Below are positions 48,159 to 56,527 of a stretch of DNA of 58,743 nt, piece by piece; the first letter of the stretch is position 1, and each line of letters starts with the position of its first letter. The translations under genes were made by a program, and so were the position numbers. The stretch is from an uncultured Bacilli bacterium (GTDB lineage Bacteria; Bacillota_I; Bacilli_A; RF39; UBA660). Where the stretch lies: the NCBI GenBank assembly GCA_947629475.1, contig CANRDV010000001.1:1-58743 (forward strand), read 5' to 3'. The notes under the pieces are model-generated. The model saw only the letters and a list, made by a program, of their open reading frames with translations, ran no database searches and was not told the origin of the DNA.

Positions 48159-48833
48159 ATGAAAATAAAAGTTTCAGCATATTCTAGTATTATGCAATTA
48201 ATTAGTTCTGTAGTATTATTTATATTAGGAGCATTACTTTATTCTAAGCCAACCGAAGTAATGTTAGCAGTTACCTATGGAATGGGTGGTTTAATAACTT
48301 TAGTTGGAGTATTCAATTGTATTAAAAATTATCTTGATGTAAAAAAAGATAATACAACTTCATCTAAAGGAATGATTTTAGGTATTGTTTTAGCCGTTGT
48401 TGGTTTAGTATTTATCTTTTTAGGTGAAGTAATTGAACAAGTTATTAGATTTATAATTGGTGGTTGGATACTTGTATGTGGAATTACAAGACTTGCAAAT
48501 GCTTTGATGATAGAAAAAAAAGATACGAACTTTTGGGTATTACTTATATTATCTATTTTATTAATAGGTGGAGGTTTATATACTATATTAATAAAGAATT
48601 TAGAAATGCAAATCGCAGGATTAATTTTAATGGGTTATGCAATTCTTGAAATATTTGGTCATGTATTTAGTCGTAAACAAGGTCTTGAATTTGAAGTAAC
48701 TCCAAGTGCCACAGATAAACCTAAAATAGAAGATACTAATATTAAAGAAGCTGAAGTAATTAATGATAATACAAAAGATACTAAGAAAGATAAAAAACAA
48801 AAGAAAAATAAAAAAGATAAGCAAGACAAATAA
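48159..48833 (+). CDS. HdeD/DUF308-like membrane protein with Lys-rich tail
   Basis: Six TM-like segments with a GxxxG-rich pattern. Start moved to the ATG after GAGGT. Confidence 0.55.
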   Translation: MKIKVSAYSSIMQLISSVVLFILGALLYSKPTEVMLAVTYGMGGLITLVGVFNCIKNYLDVKKDNTTSSKGMILGIVLAVVGLVFIFLGEVIEQVIRFIIGGWILVCGITRLANALMIEKKDTNFWVLLILSILLIGGGLYTILIKNLEMQIAGLILMGYAILEIFGHVFSRKQGLEFEVTPSATDKPKIEDTNIKEAEVINDNTKDTKKDKKQKKNKKDKQDK

Positions 48834-48835
48834 TA

Positions 48836-50433
48836 GATAGCGTAAAAATGTTTTGGAATTAACTACAAAAGGCGATATTATTAAGTAATAACGAAATTGG
48901 ATTAGAAGAAGATTTAACTGGAATGTTTGAAGAACTTTTTTCAAAAATTGAAAAAGAAACCTCTTGTTCATCGTAAACAAAATTATCTTCTTCTTTTTTA
49001 TTATAAGAAGATAAGTAGAGACTCATAATGTTGACTCCATTGAATTTATCTTCTTGTAATTTAATATAATTTTCAATTCTATTCCTTGAAAACCCCTTAG
49101 GTCTAGAGCCAAAATAGTTAGCCATATAGTGTGAAATATGAGATTCCATTGATGATTTTACATCTCTGTCAGTCATATTTAAAATGGACTTCCAATGCTT
49201 TACAATATAATCTTTGTATTTAGTTTTTTTCTCTTTCTTTTTTTCATCATTAACTTTTTCAATAATTTCATCTGCTAATTTAATGAAACCTTTTTTATCT
49301 TTATCTACATAAATTAACTTATAAAGATTATCTCTATTTTCTTTATTAGAAGTAAATCTATTGATATATAGTTTTACATGAAATTCACAAGTATTAGCAA
49401 TTACTTTATTATTTTTGTTTAATTTCAATTCATCTTTTCCACTTAAAATCCAATTACCACAATCACTTAATAAATATATTTCATCAATTTCTTCAAAGTT
49501 ATATATATTAAATATTTCATCAATAAAACTTTTCCAAGGAGTGTCATTAGAAGTCATAAATATATGTCTGTTTAGTAATTGCTTGCGATTGTTTTTTGTT
49601 ATTGCACCAGTAAAAGTAACAAAACATTTTCCCATAATATAATGATGTTTATCTTTTTCATCATCATTTAGCATCACGTGTCTAATATATTCATGAATCC
49701 ATTTTTCATCAACCATAACATAAAGTCTTTTAACACCTTCGATAGGTTCATATTTAATTTTAGGAATTTTCCACTTATGTATCCAAGTATGGATAGTTTG
49801 CCTAGATACATTTTTAAATTTATTATTATTTAAATAATTAGAATAATCGTTTAAAAGGAGATTAGTTTCATTTGAAGTAATATTGGCATTAGTATTAGTA
49901 GAACTATCAATTAATATTGCTCTTACTAATGGGTCATATGTAGTATATTTCTCAAATTTAAATAATTCATCAATAAAATAAAAACCATTTTTTTTATCTT
50001 TGTCTGTATAATAAATTCTTTCAAAGTCTAAATCACCATAAATAGTAGTAATACTTCTTTTATGAGTATCACATTTATAGAAATTATGTTTTCTATAATC
50101 TGAGCTAAGAAATGCATTATCAATTCTTGGAATTGCTAATTTCATAGTTTCAATTATCATTTTTTTAAACCCGTCGTTTAAACTAATCATGCCTTTAGAA
50201 TATGCATCTTCACCAACATTAAAAAAAATATTTTCAATTAAATCGGGCATCCTCACCTTATTTACTTCAAAAAATGTATTTTTCAAAATATTTATTGCTA
50301 AATTTCTTAATTTTTGTGTTATAATAATCATAGAAAGAACTCCTTTTATTTTTATTTTTTATATATTTATAGGTATATTATACCATGAGTTCTTTCTTTT
50401 TTATAGTTAATTCCAAAACATTTTTACGCTATC
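48836..50433 (-). mobile_element. IS element (ISLre2/UPF0236-like), 1598 bp
   Basis: Perfect 30-bp terminal inverted repeats GATAGCGTAAAAATGTTTTGGAATTAACTA (48836-48865 and 50404-50433). 8-bp direct repeat AAATAATA (48828-48835 and 50434-50441). Confidence 0.85.
48859..50331 (-). CDS. Transposase (490 aa), intact
   Basis: Fills the IS. SDCGNWI and CEFHV motifs parallel SDGATWL and DKYHL of the other IS in this window. Confidence 0.7.
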   Translation of the reverse strand: MIIITQKLRNLAINILKNTFFEVNKVRMPDLIENIFFNVGEDAYSKGMISLNDGFKKMIIETMKLAIPRIDNAFLSSDYRKHNFYKCDTHKRSITTIYGDLDFERIYYTDKDKKNGFYFIDELFKFEKYTTYDPLVRAILIDSSTNTNANITSNETNLLLNDYSNYLNNNKFKNVSRQTIHTWIHKWKIPKIKYEPIEGVKRLYVMVDEKWIHEYIRHVMLNDDEKDKHHYIMGKCFVTFTGAITKNNRKQLLNRHIFMTSNDTPWKSFIDEIFNIYNFEEIDEIYLLSDCGNWILSGKDELKLNKNNKVIANTCEFHVKLYINRFTSNKENRDNLYKLIYVDKDKKGFIKLADEIIEKVNDEKKKEKKTKYKDYIVKHWKSILNMTDRDVKSSMESHISHYMANYFGSRPKGFSRNRIENYIKLQEDKFNGVNIMSLYLSSYNKKEEDNFVYDEQEVSFSIFEKSSSNIPVKSSSNPISLLLNNIAFCS

Positions 50434-50498
50434 AAATAATAATTCTTGTTTTCTTTTCATAAAAAATATGGTATACTTATAAAGTAGGAGAAGAGAAT

Positions 50499-51428
50499 AT
50501 GAAAAAGGAGTTTAAAACATTAGATGAACAAATTGAAATATTACGAAATAAAGGTTTAGTTGTTGATAATCCTGAATATACTAAAGAAGTATTATTCAGA
50601 GAAAACTATTTCTTTTTAAATGGATATAGACATTTGTTTATGCGAAGTAGTGTTGATAAGCGTTATTTAGAAGGTACAACATTTGAAGAATTATATAGTT
50701 TGTTTTTATTTGATAGAGAATTAAGAAATATTTTATTTAAAAATATTTTAGTAATTGAAAATAATGTTAAATCAATCATTAGTTATCAATTATCTTTAAA
50801 ATATGGATATCGTGAAAAAGATTATTTAACACCTAAAAACTTTACAAGTAACAAAGAAAAAACAAAACAAGTTGCAGATATCCTAAGAAAAATGAAAAGA
50901 CAAATTAGTATTAATGCAACCCAACATTCAGCAACGATGCATTATGTCAATAATTATGGTTATATTCCTTTATGGGTTTTAGTAAAAGTATTATCTTTTG
51001 GAATAGTTGGAGAATTATATTCTATTTTAAAAAAAGAGGACCAATTAGGAATATCAGAAATTTATAATATAGAAGTTGATACTTTGATTAATTATTTAAC
51101 AATTTTATCTAATTATAGAAATCTATGTGCTCATGAAGATATAGTATTTGAAAATAAAACTCAAAGAAAAATAGATGATACGAAATATCATAAATTACTT
51201 AATATTCCAATTATGGATGATGAATATATATATGGAAAATATGATGTATTTGCTTTAATTATAATTATGAAACAAATGTTATCTAAAGAAGAATTTTTTA
51301 ATTTAATTGAAGAAATTAATCATGATTTAGAAAATTTAAAGTTAAATTTACATACAATTAGTATTGATAAAGTATTAGATAGAATGGGATTTCCTAAGAA
51401 TTTTGATGAATTAAGAAATATAGATTGA
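50499..51428 (+). CDS. Abi_2 family (AbiD/AbiF-like) abortive-infection protein
   Basis: N-terminus KTLDEQIEILRNKGLVVDN...ENYFFLNGYRHLF and central NYRNLCAHED match the Abi_2 pattern as I recall it. Confidence 0.7.
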   Translation: MKKEFKTLDEQIEILRNKGLVVDNPEYTKEVLFRENYFFLNGYRHLFMRSSVDKRYLEGTTFEELYSLFLFDRELRNILFKNILVIENNVKSIISYQLSLKYGYREKDYLTPKNFTSNKEKTKQVADILRKMKRQISINATQHSATMHYVNNYGYIPLWVLVKVLSFGIVGELYSILKKEDQLGISEIYNIEVDTLINYLTILSNYRNLCAHEDIVFENKTQRKIDDTKYHKLLNIPIMDDEYIYGKYDVFALIIIMKQMLSKEEFFNLIEEINHDLENLKLNLHTISIDKVLDRMGFPKNFDELRNID

Positions 51429-51438
51429 GGTGATTATA

Positions 51439-52566
51439 ATGCGAGATAAAAGTAACTTTAATTTAGTAATTTATTTATTTGTAGCCTTTATTTTAGGAGG
51501 ACTACTTATGTATGTAATTGCTATTAATACAGATGTTTTTGAAAGTTTAACCCCAACTCAAACGACATCTACTAATGATAGTACTTGTCGTGCTTGTAGT
51601 GGTACTGTGATTGTTAATGAAGGTTCATTAAGTGCAAGTGTTGAAAAAGCCTATGATGCGGTAATGATGGTAAGAAATTATAAAAATGCAACAACTGTTC
51701 AATCAACTGGAAGTGGCTTTGTTTATAAAACCGATTCTAAATATGCTTATTTAATGACTAATCATCATGTAATTGATGGAGCAGCTAAAGTTACTTTAAT
51801 TACAAGTAAAGATAAAGAAATCGAAGGTAAAGTACTTGGAAGTGATGAATATTTAGATTTAGCTGTTGTAAGACTTAATAAAAGTGACATAATAGATATA
51901 GTAGAAATTGGAACAAGTGAAAAGTCAAAACTTGGTGATACAGTATTTACAATTGGTTCTCCTTTAGGATATGAATATCGAGGAACAATAACGGATGGAA
52001 TTTTATCAGGAAAAGATAGGGAAGTAGCTGTAAGTTTATCATCAACAAATGATTGGATTATGAAAGTATTACAAACAAACGCTGCTGTTAATCCTGGTAA
52101 TAGTGGTGGTCCATTATTAAATGCAAGTGGAGAAGTAATTGGAATTATTTCTTTAAAGTTAGTTGAAACAGAAGTTGAGAATATGGGTTTTGCAATTCCG
52201 ATTGAATATGCAATGAGTCATATAGATAGTCTTGAAAAAGGTGAAGCAATTGTAAGACCAATGCTTGGAATTAGTATGATAAATGCAACTGATACTTATA
52301 GTTTATATAGAAATGGTATTTTATTAGATGATAATGTAACCTCAGGAGTAGTAGTTGCTGAAATAACTAATAATTCAGGTGCTAGTAAATCTGATTTAAA
52401 AAAAGGTGATGTAATTACTAAATTAAATGGTGAAGAAACATCAAATATTGCTTATCTTAGATATGAACTTTATAAATATAATGTTGGAGATACAATTACA
52501 ATTACTTATTTAAGAGACGGAAAAGAAAGAACAACAAAAGTTAAATTAACAGAATATAAGAATTAA
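51439..52566 (+). CDS. HtrA/DegP-like trypsin-fold serine protease with PDZ domain
   Basis: TM anchor, catalytic TNHHV..D..GNSGGPL, and a C-terminal PDZ-like segment. Confidence 0.9.
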   Translation: MRDKSNFNLVIYLFVAFILGGLLMYVIAINTDVFESLTPTQTTSTNDSTCRACSGTVIVNEGSLSASVEKAYDAVMMVRNYKNATTVQSTGSGFVYKTDSKYAYLMTNHHVIDGAAKVTLITSKDKEIEGKVLGSDEYLDLAVVRLNKSDIIDIVEIGTSEKSKLGDTVFTIGSPLGYEYRGTITDGILSGKDREVAVSLSSTNDWIMKVLQTNAAVNPGNSGGPLLNASGEVIGIISLKLVETEVENMGFAIPIEYAMSHIDSLEKGEAIVRPMLGISMINATDTYSLYRNGILLDDNVTSGVVVAEITNNSGASKSDLKKGDVITKLNGEETSNIAYLRYELYKYNVGDTITITYLRDGKERTTKVKLTEYKN

Positions 52567-52569
52567 ATA

Positions 52570-52596
52570 AAAATTGCTATAATTGGCAATTTTTTT
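52570..52596 (+). terminator. Rho-independent terminator after the protease gene
   Basis: AAAATTGC..GCAATTTT hairpin followed by Ts. Confidence 0.6.
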
Positions 52597-52615
52597 ATGT
52601 AATAGGAAAGTCTGT

Positions 52616-52640
52616 AAAAAAAGAAAGCCATGAAGCTTTC
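52616..52640 (-). terminator. Rho-independent terminator after the LysM gene
   Basis: On the minus strand: GAAAGC-ttcatg-GCTTTC followed by T7. Confidence 0.65.
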
Positions 52641-52659
52641 AACTGATTTTTGGGTTTAT

Positions 52660-53298
52660 TTAAAAATTACTTTTGTTCGGTATTACCATTATTTGACCTA
52701 TTAATACATCATCTGTTAACATATTATTAGCATTCTTAATATCTTCTTTAGGCACATTAAAATAACTTGCTATACTATCTAAAGTATCATTATCTTTAAC
52801 AATATATGTTTGATAAGTATTAGTTTCAGGTATAATTAAAGTTTCTCCTATTTTAAGTAAATTATTATCTAAATTATTGGCTTTCTTTAATTCGTCTACA
52901 CTTATATTATAACGTTTAGCTATATTATATAAAGTATCACCTGGAGATACAACATAAGTTAAATTATCAGTTTCACCTTTTACTGGAATTAATAACTGGT
53001 CTCCTATATTAAGAAGAGTAGTACCTTGTTCATTAAAGTTAATTAATTCTTCTAAAGTAATTCCATATTTTTTTGCTATACTATATAAATTATCATTTGG
53101 TTTAATTGTATAAATAATATAATCACTTGGAAGACTTTCTTCAACTATTGATGTTGGCATTTTTAATTCTTGTCCTACTTGTAATAAATTAGAATTTAAA
53201 TTATTTAAAGCTTTAATTATACCAACTGTTGTATTATGTTTTTTAGCTATATCATATAAATTATCTCCTTTTTGAACGATATAGATATTATCTTTCAT
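52660..53298 (-). CDS. Protein of four LysM repeats
   Basis: Four copies of the Y.V..GD.LY.IAK...V....K.N.L..N.L..GQ.L.IP pattern. Confidence 0.9.
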   Translation of the reverse strand: MKDNIYIVQKGDNLYDIAKKHNTTVGIIKALNNLNSNLLQVGQELKMPTSIVEESLPSDYIIYTIKPNDNLYSIAKKYGITLEELINFNEQGTTLLNIGDQLLIPVKGETDNLTYVVSPGDTLYNIAKRYNISVDELKKANNLDNNLLKIGETLIIPETNTYQTYIVKDNDTLDSIASYFNVPKEDIKNANNMLTDDVLIGQIMVIPNKSNF

Positions 53299-53390
53299 TA
53301 TTCACCTCGTTTAATTATATGAATATATGAAAAAAACATGATAATTCATGTTTCAACTTGCATAAATCTTGCATAAAAAAACATGATTAC

Positions 53391-54416
53391 TCATGCCTTA
53401 ATTAAAGTTTTAGATTTTCTTAATCTTTTATAATCATCTATAATAGTAATCGATGTAACTGGAATACAATATTCTTTTAAATCATTGATAACCATTTCTC
53501 TTTCTTCTTTAGTAGTTTCTATTAATTCTTCATCAATTGTTAAAGAAAAACTAGAATCAATAAAAGCCTTAACTCTTGCATTACCTAAAATATTAGCTCT
53601 AAAAGATGCAAATGTATAACGATTAACATAATTTCTAAATAATTTTAAATCTTCTGATGATAAAAACTTATCAGCAGCTTTAATTAATTCTTTAGGACTA
53701 AATAAGGTATTTTTAAATAAATCTATACTTGTAAAATTATTACCTAATTCTTTAATTAAATTTAAAATTACTAATATATCATTTTGAATAGTAGCTTTCT
53801 TTAATTCTTTCTTTAAAAGAATATTTTCTTCTAATTTATTATAAACTTCTTTATTTTCCTTTTTTAAAGGATTAGCATAATATTTCATAAATTCGGTCGA
53901 AGATACTTTTCTAAACATAAAGAATCTTTCTAAACTATAAGGAGATTCAATAAAATCAAGAATATTTTTGGTTGTATAAGTATTAATTCGATTATAGTTT
54001 TCTTTACCACTTAAAATATTATAATATTCTCTATAGGTACTTAATATTGTTCTTATTTTAGATAGATTACGATTGGTATATTTAATATCTGGTCTAAAAT
54101 AAGTTAAATAATTATTAAGATTAGTTAATAATTCATCAGGATTAATTTTTTGTTTATATAAACTCATATAAATATTTTTATCATTATTTAAAATAATAGT
54201 TTCGATTATTTCATCAAATACTAAAGCATATCTAGGTTTAGTAATATTTTTATTAATATAGTTTATTAAATTATCAAAAAATTCTTCTTGTTTCCAATCT
54301 AATAATCTTATTACATCATATAATTTATCTATATTATTATTCTTTTTTATAAATTCTTGATATTCATTATAAGCTAATATTTCTTTATCACTTGTTATAT
54401 TTTTATTGTTATTCAT
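53391..54416 (-). CDS. Hypothetical protein, paralog 3 of a tandem triplet
   Basis: Shares YSLERFF, DLKLFRNYVN and ELIETTKEEREMVINDLKEYCIP blocks with the two upstream genes. ATGA overlap. Confidence 0.65.
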   Translation of the reverse strand: MNNNKNITSDKEILAYNEYQEFIKKNNNIDKLYDVIRLLDWKQEEFFDNLINYINKNITKPRYALVFDEIIETIILNNDKNIYMSLYKQKINPDELLTNLNNYLTYFRPDIKYTNRNLSKIRTILSTYREYYNILSGKENYNRINTYTTKNILDFIESPYSLERFFMFRKVSSTEFMKYYANPLKKENKEVYNKLEENILLKKELKKATIQNDILVILNLIKELGNNFTSIDLFKNTLFSPKELIKAADKFLSSEDLKLFRNYVNRYTFASFRANILGNARVKAFIDSSFSLTIDEELIETTKEEREMVINDLKEYCIPVTSITIIDDYKRLRKSKTLIKA

Positions 54417-55420
54417 TTAAACCTTCTTTCTCTTTTTCTATTATAATACCTTGAAAGAGCTATTGCAAATATTTTTGAATTAATAGGTATTTCATTTTGT
54501 TTTAAATAATTAATAATTTTTTCTCTATCTTCAATAGTAGTTTCAATTAGTTCATTATTTAAGGTAAAAGTATATGGTGTTGCTTTTAATAGTTTAATTC
54601 TTTGGGTATTCATAAAATTACCATATATAGCAAAGTCTCGATAACAAACATTCATATATTTTCTAAATAATTTTAAATCATTTATTTCTAAGATATTATC
54701 AGCAGTATTTGTTAATTCTCTTATTCCATAATTAGTTAAGAAAAATAAATCAATTAAAGAGAAATCGGAACCTAAATCATTAATAGCTTTAAGAATTTTT
54801 TTAATATCAGATTGAATATTTAACTCCATTTCTTTCTTTTTTCTTTCTATACTAAATAAGAATTTTCTATATAATTCTTGATTATTTTTCATAACTTTAA
54901 TAAATATACCATTTTTATTAATATTAAAATCATTTAAGTTTAATCCTTTATTAATACAGAATCTTTCTAAAGTATATTTTGAATTAATAAATTCTAGTAT
55001 TGTTTCTTCATATTGATTATTTTCTTTTATTTCAATTTGTTTTTTAAAGTAAGTAATGTATTTTTTTATAATTTCTTTATAAGTATTAAGTATTTTATTA
55101 CTATAACGAAGTTTATATTCTACTTTATAATAAGTTAAGTATTCTTCTAAATGTTCTTTTAAAAAAGATGGTGTTATATTATTAAAAAATAAATATTCAT
55201 TTGGATTATCAATTTCAGTTAATTTATCAAAGATTAAAACAAAGTCAGGTTTTTCAAGTTCATTTTTAATATAATTATTTAAAACTTTAAGGATAATATT
55301 TGTATTAGTTCGGTATTTGGCTGCGGTTAATTCAAACCAAACTAATGGGTTATCGTGAGTTTTTAACATTTGTAAGTAATCTTTATATATTAATTCACCA
55401 AAACTATATAAATTAGTCAT
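54413..55420 (-). CDS. Hypothetical protein, paralog 2
   Basis: YTLERFC, DLKLFRKYMN and ELIETTIEDREKIINYLKQNEIP. 8-nt overlap with paralog 1. Confidence 0.65.
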   Translation of the reverse strand: MTNLYSFGELIYKDYLQMLKTHDNPLVWFELTAAKYRTNTNIILKVLNNYIKNELEKPDFVLIFDKLTEIDNPNEYLFFNNITPSFLKEHLEEYLTYYKVEYKLRYSNKILNTYKEIIKKYITYFKKQIEIKENNQYEETILEFINSKYTLERFCINKGLNLNDFNINKNGIFIKVMKNNQELYRKFLFSIERKKKEMELNIQSDIKKILKAINDLGSDFSLIDLFFLTNYGIRELTNTADNILEINDLKLFRKYMNVCYRDFAIYGNFMNTQRIKLLKATPYTFTLNNELIETTIEDREKIINYLKQNEIPINSKIFAIALSRYYNRKRERRFK

Positions 55421-56447
55421 AAATTTTTCCTCCTTTGCTGTTTAATTCATTTTTATAATATCTTTTACAAGCATCTTCGAATACACTTATTGAACTAATA
55501 GGTATATTTTCTTTTTCTAGAAATTCTATAATTTTTTTTCTTGTATCTTCATCAGTTTCAATTAAAGTTCCATTTAAATTAAAAGTATATTTTTCTTTTA
55601 ATAATTCTACTTTTAATTTATGATTTTGATTATAATTACTTCTTAATCTATTTAGATATTCACGAATTAATTTATTATCTTCATTTGATAGTGTTTTATT
55701 AGCTACTTCTAATATTTCAAAGGGTGAATATTTAGTTAATTGATAAAATTCAATTGCATCAATACCTCCTTTTTCTTTAATTATAGAAAGTATATTATTA
55801 ATATCATTTGGAATATTTATTTGTTTATTTTGTTCTCTAATAGTATAATCAGTTAATAGTTTTTGATATAAGTCTTTGTTATATAAAGCAATAATTCTTG
55901 TATAAAAACCTTTATTTGAATAAAAGTAATATTTACTAAGGTTTTTAATAAGACAAAATCTTTCTAAAGAATAGTCTTGATTTAGATATTCGTTAATAAT
56001 ATTTTCTACAAAAGGAAGTAAGTTTTTTTTATTTTTTTCTTTTTCTTCACGTTCCTTCCATAATTTATTGTTATATTCAATTAATGAGTTTAATTTTCGT
56101 AGTAATATTTTATTACCAAATAAGATATCTGGTCTTTTATAGAATAAATAATTATTAAGATTAGTAATTAAAAATTCTTTAGGAATAAAGTTTTGTTTTA
56201 AATATTCTTTTGGTTCTGGATTATTTAGTAATTCATTAAATAGTTCTTCGTAATCTTCATGAACATTTATTTCTTTTATATATTGCATAAGAATGGAAAT
56301 AAATTTTGTTAAACTCATTTTTAGTTTATCTAAAGTAACTTCTATTCCAACTAGTAATTCACCTGATTCTAATAGTTTTAGATATTCATTATAAACTAAT
56401 TGCCCTCTACTTTTGATTAGTTTTTCGTCATATTTTTTTAATTGCAT
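55413..56447 (-). CDS. Hypothetical protein, paralog 1
   Basis: YSLERFC, NKLIREYLN and TLIETDEDTRKKIIEFLEKENIP. Start moved to the Met (MQLKKYDEK) downstream of AAGGGGG. Confidence 0.6.
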   Translation of the reverse strand: MQLKKYDEKLIKSRGQLVYNEYLKLLESGELLVGIEVTLDKLKMSLTKFISILMQYIKEINVHEDYEELFNELLNNPEPKEYLKQNFIPKEFLITNLNNYLFYKRPDILFGNKILLRKLNSLIEYNNKLWKEREEKEKNKKNLLPFVENIINEYLNQDYSLERFCLIKNLSKYYFYSNKGFYTRIIALYNKDLYQKLLTDYTIREQNKQINIPNDINNILSIIKEKGGIDAIEFYQLTKYSPFEILEVANKTLSNEDNKLIREYLNRLRSNYNQNHKLKVELLKEKYTFNLNGTLIETDEDTRKKIIEFLEKENIPISSISVFEDACKRYYKNELNSKGGKIYD

Positions 56448-56527
56448 AAACATATCCCCCTTTTTCCTTGCTATATTATACAATATTTATATGAAGAATG
56501 CAAGAAAAAAAAGAATTTAGTTTAAAA

